DNA of 64,000 nucleotides from NCBI GenBank assembly GCA_016432285.1, contig CP066682.1, positions 794,274-858,273 of the forward strand, in the 5' to 3' direction. Shown piece by piece: positions 51,851 through 59,763 of the stretch. Within the stretch, counting starts at the first letter, position 1. Each line of letters opens with the position of its first letter. The position numbers were made by a program, and so were the translations under genes. Under the pieces are notes generated by a model. That model worked only from the letters and a program-made list of their open reading frames with translations. It was not told where the DNA came from and did no database searches. This stretch comes from Candidatus Kaiserbacteria bacterium (GTDB taxonomy: Bacteria; Patescibacteriota; Minisyncoccia; Phycocordibacterales; UBA2100).

Positions 51851-53146
51851 TTAGAGATTGCGCACGAGGGCGAGGAAGAGGTCGTTGCGCTCGTATTCAT
51901 TTTTGAACATACCGAACGACGCGAACGCAGGACTAAAGAGAATCACGTCGCCCGGTACGCTCGCGTCGAGCGCACTCTGGAGGGCCTCGTTGAGCGAGCC
52001 GCACACGGGAGCCAAGAGATCCTTCCGGAGCCGATCCGTGCCAGTGCCTTGCAGGAGATACACGGCTTTGCAGCGATCCTTGATGAGGGCCACGAGTGCT
52101 TGCATATTGAGCCCCTTGTCTGATCCACCGGCTATCAGGATCACATTGCGCTTTTCGCCGAGCGCCAGAAGAGCCGCGATCGTCGCTTCGGGCGTCGTCG
52201 CGTTGTTGTCATTGTAAATCTTGACGCCGCGAAGCTCTCGCACCAGCTGGAGCCTGCCTTCGACTCCCTCGAAGGATTCGATTCCAGAGCGTATCTCACT
52301 TTCCGAAAGGCCGAGCGGACGGAGCGCGGCTGCGGCAAGCGCCGCATTCTCGCGGTTGTGTTCGCCTACGATCTTCAGCTGCCAATCCCCGGGCAGATTT
52401 TCCGGCACCTCGGTGCGCGAAAGCGCAATTCTCTCGGCGACCTTTTTTCCCGCAATCAGCGTATCGCCCTCGTTCTGGAACGCGAAGATATTTGCCTTGT
52501 CGGCGAAATAGGCATCCATATCGCGATAGTAGTTTTGATGGTCGGGCATCAGATTGCTGAAAACCGCGATATGCGGACTCATCTGAAGGTCCCCAAAGCC
52601 CTGGAGCTGCCACGAGTCGAGCTCGAGGACACAGATGTCGCCCGCTTCGATCTCGGGTAACATCGCGAGCGTGGATTTTCCGCGCACGTTGCCCCCCAGG
52701 TGCGCCCGCTTCCCCGCTTTTTTGAGACTCTCGTATATGAGAGCGCTCACGGTTGATTTGCCGCGCGTCCCCGTCACGCCGACGATGCGTGCTCCGCGCT
52801 CCGCGGCATACTTCGCAAAGAGCGCCGTCGACATGGCTACCAGCACTCCCGCTTTTTTGGCCGCTGCGATCTCGGAGGATCCGAGCGGCACGCCCGCCGC
52901 CTTGATCACAAGATCCGCATGCGTGAAGTCCTCGATTCTGTGGCCGCCGAGAGAAAAAGTGACGTTCGGATACTTCTTGAGGCGCGCAACCGGCTCCGCA
53001 AGTTCACTCTCCGATTTCTTGTCCGTTACGACAAGATGCGCGCCGCACGCCGCCAGAAATGCGGCATCACCCTCTCCTCTCCCCAGGAGCCCCAATCCCA
53101 TCAGAGTGATTTTTTTGCCGGCGAAGTGCGCCCGATAATCAAGCAT
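51851..53146 (-). CDS. murD: UDP-MurNAc-L-Ala--D-Glu ligase
   Basis: VTGTRGKST, GGN, ELDSWQL, GGSDKG, SPAFASF. Confidence 0.93.
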   Translation of the reverse strand: MLDYRAHFAGKKITLMGLGLLGRGEGDAAFLAACGAHLVVTDKKSESELAEPVARLKKYPNVTFSLGGHRIEDFTHADLVIKAAGVPLGSSEIAAAKKAGVLVAMSTALFAKYAAERGARIVGVTGTRGKSTVSALIYESLKKAGKRAHLGGNVRGKSTLAMLPEIEAGDICVLELDSWQLQGFGDLQMSPHIAVFSNLMPDHQNYYRDMDAYFADKANIFAFQNEGDTLIAGKKVAERIALSRTEVPENLPGDWQLKIVGEHNRENAALAAAALRPLGLSESEIRSGIESFEGVEGRLQLVRELRGVKIYNDNNATTPEATIAALLALGEKRNVILIAGGSDKGLNMQALVALIKDRCKAVYLLQGTGTDRLRKDLLAPVCGSLNEALQSALDASVPGDVILFSPAFASFGMFKNEYERNDLFLALVRNL

Positions 53147-53204
53147 TGAAGCCATCATAGCACTTGTGCTTATTCCGCGAACATTCTCTAATCCGCTATC
53201 CACC

Positions 53205-53232
53205 TTGCGCGAGAAGCGGCGAGGAATAGAAT
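53205..53232 (+). promoter_or_regulatory. Putative sigma70 promoter of the B12-regulated operon
   Basis: TTGCGC-16 nt-TAGAAT immediately upstream of riboswitch P1. Confidence 0.5.
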
Positions 53233-53240
53233 GCGTTTCC

Positions 53241-53395
53241 ACGATTGAGTGTCCCGAAAGGGAATCTGTCAGTCAGAAAAAGACAGATAGGAAGCGGGGC
53301 GAAATTCCCCCACTGTGCCGCAACGGTTAAAGTCCGATCTTCTTCAGTTGTCATCCCGAGCAGGAAGCAATGCGCACACTCTTACGTGCGCGTGC
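53241..53395 (+). promoter_or_regulatory. Cobalamin riboswitch (compact, class II-like)
   Basis: P1 acgattgag/ttcagttgt; core AGGAAGCGGGG-CGAAATT-CCCC-CACTGT-GCCGCA-ACGGT-AAGTCCGA. Confidence 0.88.
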
Positions 53396-53397
53396 AT

Positions 53398-53431
53398 AAA
53401 AAATCTCTGCTTGGGCAGAGATTTTTCGTTT
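53398..53431 (+). terminator. Riboswitch expression-platform terminator
   Basis: aaaaatctctgc-ttgg-gcagagattttt followed by cgttt, directly before the ATG. Confidence 0.8.
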
Positions 53432-53433
53432 CT

Positions 53434-53880
53434 ATGTACAAACGATACGGATTCTATCTTCTCGGCTCGCTTGCGGTTTTTGCGATTGTCTTTTCGATCG
53501 TCGTGAGCGGTTACAACACGTCAGTCCTCACGCGCTCCCCAGAGAGCGACGCGGATCGCGCGACTCCGCAAGGGGGCGCGGACGTTTTGCGCACGATCGA
53601 CATCTCGATCGCGGCAGAAGATCTGTCATACGAGGTAGCTGTGGCAGAAGGCTCGAGCGTGCTCGAGGCAATGCGCGCGGCAGAGCAAAAAGGCTTTCGG
53701 TTTCGTGGAACGGAATATCCCGCACTCGGCCTTTTTGTGGAGGAAATCAATGGCAAGAAAAACGCCAATGGCCGCTACTGGTTCCTCTACGTCAACGGCA
53801 CCTCCTCGGAAACGGGTGCCTCGCAAACAACTCTTCGCGAAGGCGATCGTGTGGAGTGGCGTTACCAAGAGTCTCATTAA
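53434..53880 (+). CDS. Membrane-anchored DUF4430 (transcobalamin C-terminal-like) protein
   Basis: N-terminal TM; G.SVLEAM...LGLFVEEING...YWFLYVNG...GAS...L.EGDRVEW. Confidence 0.88.
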   Translation: MYKRYGFYLLGSLAVFAIVFSIVVSGYNTSVLTRSPESDADRATPQGGADVLRTIDISIAAEDLSYEVAVAEGSSVLEAMRAAEQKGFRFRGTEYPALGLFVEEINGKKNANGRYWFLYVNGTSSETGASQTTLREGDRVEWRYQESH

Positions 53881-53899
53881 TACGTAAACACATTTTTGT

Positions 53900-55486
53900 A
53901 TGCGCGTGCGCACGTTCTCACTTTTCTGGATCACTCTTTTATTCGCCTTCCCCGCTTACGCGGCTGTATCGGTCAATGTGCCACAGCAGTGTACGGTGGT
54001 CGACTCCGACGGGATCTCGCACAGCTACAGCACTGGCCAGTACCTCGGGATTTGCGCCTTGCAGGCTGCTATCGACAGCGGCGGTGTGTCCGGCGTGAGC
54101 CTCTCGAATGCGTTCCCCGCATTCGGGCTCTTTGTAACGGCGGTCAACAGCGTCGCGGCGGACCCTTTCAGTGAGTACTGGGCGCTGTATCAAAACGGCG
54201 GCTTTGCGGCGGTTGGCCTCACGCAGATGACGGTCGCTACGGGAGATACGATCACATTTGAACTGCACGACTTCTCCGACACGTATCTCGGGAGCGAGCT
54301 TGAACTCTCGATTGCTTCGCTGGTAAGTCCAAGCCCGGTGGTGAGTGCACCGCAAGGCGGCACGGGACTCACGCTCCACGACCCCTTTGATGTCCCGAAA
54401 GCCGTTGCCTATCTCTCCGGAGTGCAAAAATCGGACGGCTCGTTCGGCTCCGACCTACTCAACGACTGGGTAGCGATCATGACGGCGACCGACAAAGCTC
54501 CGGAGCTGAAAGAGAAGCTACGATCATACATGCGCTCGCACACACCGACGCTCCAAAGCGCGACGGATTTCGAGCGGCATGCGATGGCCCTGGAGTCGCT
54601 CGGGATCGACCCATACACCGGCACGTCGATCGACACGATCACACCGATCGTCAATGCCTTCGACGGTACACAGGTCGGCAGCTCGGCGTTCGTAAATGAC
54701 GACATCTTCGCCATATTTCCGCTCCTCAATGCCGGCTACACGAGCAATGACGAGCTCATTCAAAAGATCACCTCGTACATTCTCTCTCTTCAATCCCCCG
54801 ACGGCTCCTGGGCAAAAAGCGTCGATCTGACCGCGGCAGCAATGCAGGCGCTTGAGGCGACCGACCTTTCGGGATCCAAAGACGCGGTGAAGCGGGCAGT
54901 GGAATTCCTGCGCACGAAACAGTCGGAAGACGGCGGATTCGGCTCGAGCCCTTCGACGAGCTGGGTGCTTCAGGCGATTCGGGCGATCGGTCAATCACCC
55001 TTCGATTGGAGCAATGGAACGTACAAGATGCCCGACTACTATCTGGCCACGCTCCAGGAGCGAGACGGCGGCGTGGAGCCTACGAGCGCGAGCGTGGATA
55101 CGCGCGTGTGGGCCACCGCCTACGCCATTCCCGCAATCGAACGCGCAACGTGGGACGAACTCCTGATGAACTTCCCGAAACCGCAGCCGATCGTCGAAAA
55201 TACCCCGACACCTGAGCCACTCTCGGCCAGCATCACGCCCGTAGTACCCGCGCAAACAGTCGAGGCACCTCGCCAGATGATCGAGACGAACAGTGTGAGC
55301 GAAGAAACGAGCGAGGAGCTTCAAACAGTTGCTGATACCGAGGATCCATCTCCTTCTGAAGTCGAGGCGCAAACGGCCGTTGCGGCCCTGGCATCGAACG
55401 ATGACGACCCTTCGAACTTCGTATGGGCAATCGGACTTTTGCTGATCATCGGCGCTGCCTCCGCGCTCTTCATGCAAAAGCGCTGA
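53900..55486 (+). CDS. Surface protein: DUF4430-like domain, prenyltransferase/squalene-cyclase-like alpha barrel, C-terminal TM anchor
   Basis: Signal peptide; FGLFVTAVN...YWALYQNG...GDTITF; QxxDGS/G repeats; VDLTAAAMQAL; Pro/Thr/Glu linker; TM followed by KR. Confidence 0.82.
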   Translation: MRVRTFSLFWITLLFAFPAYAAVSVNVPQQCTVVDSDGISHSYSTGQYLGICALQAAIDSGGVSGVSLSNAFPAFGLFVTAVNSVAADPFSEYWALYQNGGFAAVGLTQMTVATGDTITFELHDFSDTYLGSELELSIASLVSPSPVVSAPQGGTGLTLHDPFDVPKAVAYLSGVQKSDGSFGSDLLNDWVAIMTATDKAPELKEKLRSYMRSHTPTLQSATDFERHAMALESLGIDPYTGTSIDTITPIVNAFDGTQVGSSAFVNDDIFAIFPLLNAGYTSNDELIQKITSYILSLQSPDGSWAKSVDLTAAAMQALEATDLSGSKDAVKRAVEFLRTKQSEDGGFGSSPSTSWVLQAIRAIGQSPFDWSNGTYKMPDYYLATLQERDGGVEPTSASVDTRVWATAYAIPAIERATWDELLMNFPKPQPIVENTPTPEPLSASITPVVPAQTVEAPRQMIETNSVSEETSEELQTVADTEDPSPSEVEAQTAVAALASNDDDPSNFVWAIGLLLIIGAASALFMQKR

Positions 55487-55487
55487 T

Positions 55488-56213
55488 TCAGCGCGCCCGT
55501 TTGCCGATCTTTTTGCGAGGAAGTCGTAAGACTCGCCGATAAATATCCTTCGAGGGCGCGATCAAAAGCTCACGCTTGTTGGTTCGATCGCGAAATTCTA
55601 CCGGCGCGTCCTCGATGATCGCGAGCGGCTGACGCTCAGCGCCCTCTCCCATCGAGAGTGCGGCCGCGCTCGCGAGCGCGTCGGGCACGTTGACCTGTGT
55701 CACGGCAAGTGAGCGGCCAAAAAGGTCTTTCGTGCCGCGGTAGTCGCGGATCCCCTTGATACCCGCGTACCCGAGCGCGATTCCGAAGACGCCGTTGCGA
55801 AGCGGCGCGACGTGGCTATCGGTGATGATGACGCCGAGTCTTTTTATCTTGTATCGCTTGAGGAGTGCTGCGCGCACTTTCGCGGCCGCGGCAAATGAAT
55901 CCTTCGGAAGCAGCACGATCTTCCCCGCCGCATTCGATTCGTCGATGCCGGCGTTGACCAAAAACGCTCCGTCGCGCACCGTGAGCCACCACTTTGGATA
56001 CGATTCGATCGCCCACTCGCTCTCGGCGCGAACGAGCTTCTTTTTGTCGAACCCCTTCCCCTTCGATACGGTCCTCCCTTCCGCAAGAGCGACGATCTTC
56101 GAAGTAACTGCGAGTACCGACCCATCCTTCAGCTTCGGGACATGCGCCTCGATAAACGCGATAAGGTCCTGACCTTCCCGAAAGATGCGAGTCTTTCGCG
56201 GCTCGACTCTCAT
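55488..56213 (-). CDS. CofE/F420-0:gamma-glutamyl ligase-like protein
   Basis: TSKIVALAEG, NAGIDESN, IITDS, DLFGR, MGEGAERQP. Confidence 0.9.
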   Translation of the reverse strand: MRVEPRKTRIFREGQDLIAFIEAHVPKLKDGSVLAVTSKIVALAEGRTVSKGKGFDKKKLVRAESEWAIESYPKWWLTVRDGAFLVNAGIDESNAAGKIVLLPKDSFAAAAKVRAALLKRYKIKRLGVIITDSHVAPLRNGVFGIALGYAGIKGIRDYRGTKDLFGRSLAVTQVNVPDALASAAALSMGEGAERQPLAIIEDAPVEFRDRTNKRELLIAPSKDIYRRVLRLPRKKIGKRAR

Positions 56214-56851
56214 GCGGCCGGCTTCTCTCGGAGGAGCTTCAGCGCAAGGTACGAAAGCGGCGTGTAGAGGAGCCCCATCATCACCTTAAAGAGCCACCAC
56301 GTGATGATGATCCGCAGGAGCGCGGCGTTGGAATAGACGCCGTAGAAGGCGATCAGCATGAAGAGCGCCGAATCGAGAAACTGCGACCATACGTTGGAAA
56401 GGAGCGAGCGCAGCCAGAAGAGCTTCTCGCCGATTTTCTTTTTGACGAAGAAAAAAGCGTGTACGTCTTGGAATTCGGCCACGGCGAAGGCAACGAGGCT
56501 CGCGAGTGCGATGCGCATCGAGACGCCAAAAATCTGCTCGTAGCTCTCTTTGGCCCAGAGCCCCGCCTCTGCCCACGGCAGCGAGATCGAGATCAGTGAG
56601 TACAGGAGAAAAAGTGCCGTCGCGAGAAATCCGCACCGCACGAAAAAGCGCGCCATCGGCTTGCCGTAGATCTCGCCGATCACGTCGGTCGTGAGAAAGA
56701 CAAAGGGAAATGAAAACACCGCGACCGATACGTGGAAGCCGAGGATAAAGGGCGCAATCTTGAGGCCGAGCGTATTGGCGGCAAAGAGCGACGCGAGATA
56801 GATTGTAAGCGCGATCAGCACCTTCTTCTGCGCGGCATCAAAGTGCGGCAT
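56210..56851 (-). CDS. yhhQ: Queuosine precursor transporter (YhhQ/DUF165)
   Basis: FP..FL.TDVIGEIYG, RIALASL.AF, LWLR, SQFLDS. Confidence 0.9.
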   Translation of the reverse strand: MPHFDAAQKKVLIALTIYLASLFAANTLGLKIAPFILGFHVSVAVFSFPFVFLTTDVIGEIYGKPMARFFVRCGFLATALFLLYSLISISLPWAEAGLWAKESYEQIFGVSMRIALASLVAFAVAEFQDVHAFFFVKKKIGEKLFWLRSLLSNVWSQFLDSALFMLIAFYGVYSNAALLRIIITWWLFKVMMGLLYTPLSYLALKLLREKPAA

Positions 56852-56900
56852 AGGAAAGGCGCATTATAGCGACGCTTTCTCTCACGTCCAGCGGGGAAAA

Positions 56901-57344
56901 TCAGACGAACAGTTTCTCGCCCGATGCCCTCCAGCGCTTGTGAAGGTGCCACGCGGCAAGGAGGTAGAGCACAGCGACGGCTGCAAAGACAACACGACCG
57001 GAGGCGATCGACATGCCGATGTTGGTCCCAAGGAGACCAAGGATGCCTAGATTGAGGCCGGAGACGACGCTCACGAAGAAGGCACCGAGATCCTTACTGT
57101 CCTTGCCGCCGAAGACCTTCTGACCCCCGGTGTACCAGCGGTACAGGAGGTAGCCGGCCGCTAGACCAGAGATGATCCAGGCGAGGCGCAGGAGGAGCCA
57201 CGTGGCGGGAGTCGGGAGCAGCAACAAGATCGGCGGGAAGCCGCCAATAAGGAGCGCGACCGCGGCGATTACGAGGCGCACTTCCGACCACAAAAACGCG
57301 TACTTTTCTAAAGCTGAGGGCTGCGTGTGTTTAGTAATATCCAT
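56901..57344 (-). CDS. Hypothetical four-TM membrane protein
   Basis: Hydrophobic helices; fills the intergenic gap. Confidence 0.7.
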   Translation of the reverse strand: MDITKHTQPSALEKYAFLWSEVRLVIAAVALLIGGFPPILLLLPTPATWLLLRLAWIISGLAAGYLLYRWYTGGQKVFGGKDSKDLGAFFVSVVSGLNLGILGLLGTNIGMSIASGRVVFAAVAVLYLLAAWHLHKRWRASGEKLFV

Positions 57345-57414
57345 ACCGTAATGCTGACATACCCCCTATTTTCTGCAATGTGGGTGCGGGGAGACTCGAT
57401 AGCGATCCTTATGG

Positions 57415-58092
57415 CTAGCCCCTGCTCACGAGCATCTGGTAGAGACCGCCGAAATACGAGGTCTTCCGCCACGAGCGACCGGCCATTTCGTGCGGGAGAA
57501 CGTCTTTTAATTCCTGACGCCACAGATCCCACGCCGTGGGTTCAAGAAAGCCGAGAAATGGTAGGAGAATATAGCGAAGCGGGTGCCATGCGCGTGGCAC
57601 ACCGTAGTCGGCGATGACGATTTTTCCACCCGGCTTCAAGATGCGCAGCGCTTCGCGCATCGTTTTTTCGCGGTATTCCTGCGGCTCTTCATGCAAAAGA
57701 AAGAACACCAGCACCTGATCATACGAAGCGGTGGGAAAATCGAGTGACGCGGCATCCATGCGGAAGGTCTGCACAGCAGCGTCACGCGAAAGTTTGCGCT
57801 TTACATTCTCCAGCTGGATTGGAAGTATGTCGATTACATCAAGCGATCCACCACCTTTTTGCACACGCGCCGAAAGTCGCGGCGTCAGCTCGCCATAGCA
57901 ACATGATATTTGCAGTGTCTTTCCAGAGATCACGGGGCCGAACTCTTCCAATACCCGATCCCGAAGCGTCCCATATTTTCCAAAAAGGATAAGGTTGATG
58001 AGCCACGGACGGTCCCAAAAGCGTACCGCCAAGGGGCGCACATACGCCCACCAGTACACCTCTTCGAGATAGTGCGGTGTGTCAGGGCCCAT
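57415..58092 (-). CDS. rquA: RquA-like rhodoquinone biosynthesis protein (methyltransferase fold)
   Basis: P.YL..VYWWAY.P, LILFG.Y, atypical SAM motif TLQISCCYG, DILPIQL, FFLLHE.P, PGGKIVIADY..P...HPLR; TAATG-coupled start. Confidence 0.85.
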   Translation of the reverse strand: MGPDTPHYLEEVYWWAYVRPLAVRFWDRPWLINLILFGKYGTLRDRVLEEFGPVISGKTLQISCCYGELTPRLSARVQKGGGSLDVIDILPIQLENVKRKLSRDAAVQTFRMDAASLDFPTASYDQVLVFFLLHEEPQEYREKTMREALRILKPGGKIVIADYGVPRAWHPLRYILLPFLGFLEPTAWDLWRQELKDVLPHEMAGRSWRKTSYFGGLYQMLVSRG

Positions 58093-58394
58093 TATTTGGC
58101 GAGGAAAAATACAAATAGACCGACGCCGGAGAGAATCGTCGCAATGACGAGCACGATGGCAAGCATGGTGCCGCTCATCCTTGCAACTGCCGGCCACCTG
58201 GAAAAGAGGTATCCCAGAATGAAAAAACTGGCGACGATCACGACGCCGTGAGTCGTCCAGTGATGCCCGAGCGCCGCTTTCATGGCCTGTAGAAGCGGTT
58301 CGTATGACTCTTTCGCGATCGTAAGCAATGTATTGCCGACGATAGCAACGATCGCCGCGAGCGCGTACCCTGCTGATTTTGCCGAGAGATTCAT
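58092..58394 (-). CDS. Three-TM membrane protein with GHHWTTHG motif
   Basis: Hydrophobic helices; stop codon overlaps the rquA ATG. Confidence 0.75.
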   Translation of the reverse strand: MNLSAKSAGYALAAIVAIVGNTLLTIAKESYEPLLQAMKAALGHHWTTHGVVIVASFFILGYLFSRWPAVARMSGTMLAIVLVIATILSGVGLFVFFLAK

Positions 58395-58397
58395 ACG

Positions 58398-58847
58398 TTA
58401 GATGCTGAGACGAGCTGCCATAGCTATCAGTGCGCCGGCGCCTTCGATCGCAAATGCGGAGAGCACGACAAGTGCAGATGCAGTAAGTACAAGAAGTCGC
58501 GCGCCGCGATTCATCGATACATCCTCGAAGCGGGTAACAACGACGAGGAGAAACGAGAGAATAAGCGTGATGAAGAAAGCGTGCTCCTTCGTCTCCATCA
58601 CGATCGTATGCGCCAAGGGATATACACCTTTGAGAATGAGTGCTTTGTCGACGGCGTAGTAGTTGACGTACCAGTAGCCGCCTGCGATCCACGTCGCAAT
58701 CATCATGACCGCCGTGAGTACGCTCCCCCAGTACAGCCGCGCCTTGTTGCGAGGACTCGCGTTCAGTGCTTCGACGAATACCCAGACAGCAGAGAGAAGG
58801 CCGATGAGGCCGGTCGTCGGATGGATCATGAGGATGAGCTTATCCAT
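58398..58847 (-). CDS. Four-TM membrane protein with His motifs (IHP; AH...METKEH)
   Basis: Hydrophobic helices; TACAAT 6 nt upstream of the ATG. Confidence 0.78.
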   Translation of the reverse strand: MDKLILMIHPTTGLIGLLSAVWVFVEALNASPRNKARLYWGSVLTAVMMIATWIAGGYWYVNYYAVDKALILKGVYPLAHTIVMETKEHAFFITLILSFLLVVVTRFEDVSMNRGARLLVLTASALVVLSAFAIEGAGALIAMAARLSI

Positions 58848-58897
58848 ACACTCATTGTATCGCCGCAACATCGCAGAAGTGAACGTTATCCACGCGG

Positions 58898-58970
58898 TGG
58901 GTGCGGGGAGACTCGAACTCCCAATCCTTACGGAATACGATTCTGATCCGCCGGCTGGCGGAGTACGCCC
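58898..58970 (-). pseudogene. Degenerate tRNA-Leu(CAG) 3' half
   Basis: Anticodon-to-T-arm sequence nearly identical to the adjacent tRNA-Leu, with a different acceptor strand and palindrome tccgccagccggcgga in the anticodon arm. Confidence 0.75.
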
Positions 58971-58984
58971 ATTTCAGAGCATTG

Positions 58985-59066
58985 TGGGCATGGGGAGACT
59001 CGAACTCCCAATCCTTGCGGAATACGATTCTGAATCGTACGCGTATACCAATTCCGCCACATGCCC
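58985..59066 (-). tRNA. tRNA-Leu(CAG)
   Basis: Cloverleaf GGGCATG/CATGCCC-A; anticodon arm TACGA-TTCAGAA-TCGTA; long variable arm; GTTCGAGT T-loop; CCA not encoded. Confidence 0.95.
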
Positions 59067-59123
59067 ACAATGATTTGAAAGTACCTTTCTGGCCAGTTCC
59101 GCCACGCACCCGGAAATGCCATT

Positions 59124-59762
59124 CTATTTGAAATCGGCGGGCACTACCAGCGTTTTTGGGTCGCTGCCATCCCAGTGAATTTCTCCGCGCACGACCAGGT
59201 TGGTGATCTTCGGCTGCCATAGAAGTTCGGCTTCGTGCACTCTGTGCGCGATTTCTTCCACTGTCATTCCCCTCTCGAGCGGTACGCGATATTCGAAAAA
59301 GGCAGGGCCTCTATCGTGCTCTTCGGTGACGAAGTGCATGGTGAATCCGGATTCCGTGATCTCGCCCCGATCGAGCGCTTCCTTCACCGCTTCGTAGAGG
59401 TGCGTGCCGTACATGCCCTTCCCACCGAAGCGCCCCCCAAATTGCGAGAGGAGCGCGGGGTGGATATTGATCGTCCGGGCCGGATCGAGCCTGTGCACGT
59501 GCTTCAGCCACCCGGAGAGTGCGATGTATTCGGCCCCCGCGTCTGCGACGATTTTTTGATAATCGGAATCGGGCGTAAAAAAGATAAAGGGAATGCCAAG
59601 CCGGTCTGCGCGCTCTCGCACGCCCCCGTGTTCGTGATTGGAAACAACCGCAACGACTTCGGCATCGAGTACGCCCCGCTTGGTGGCCTCGACGAGATTC
59701 TCGAAGCCCGAGCCTCCGCCTTCTTTCGTGCCCGACGCAAATACGATGAGCTTCGCTTGCAT
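59124..59762 (-). CDS. purN: PurN-like folate-dependent formyltransferase
   Basis: VFASG..GSG, INIHPALL, GMYG, HFVTEEHDRGP. Confidence 0.8.
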   Translation of the reverse strand: MQAKLIVFASGTKEGGGSGFENLVEATKRGVLDAEVVAVVSNHEHGGVRERADRLGIPFIFFTPDSDYQKIVADAGAEYIALSGWLKHVHRLDPARTINIHPALLSQFGGRFGGKGMYGTHLYEAVKEALDRGEITESGFTMHFVTEEHDRGPAFFEYRVPLERGMTVEEIAHRVHEAELLWQPKITNLVVRGEIHWDGSDPKTLVVPADFK

Positions 59763-59763
59763 G

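Larger units (their letters stand above)
57380..58916. mobile_element. Integrase-less mini-island bounded by 20-bp tRNA-Leu 3'-end direct repeats
   Basis: gtgggtgcggggagactcga at 57380-57399 and 58897-58916. Confidence 0.7.

Noticed and set aside
53245-53433. N-terminal extension of the 211-aa ORF
   Set aside because: This stretch is the riboswitch and terminator; the real start is ATG 53434
54380-55160. Squalene-hopene cyclase or prenyltransferase enzyme
   Set aside because: The protein is secreted and anchored with a single barrel and no DXDD motif; the B12 context favours a binding role
56852-56900. preQ1 riboswitch upstream of yhhQ
   Set aside because: TATAAT lies about 11 nt before the ATG, leaving no room for an aptamer
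57415-58692. 425-aa ORF as a single gene
   Set aside because: The first 200 aa overlap two better membrane-protein ORFs; the RquA-like region begins at ATG 58092
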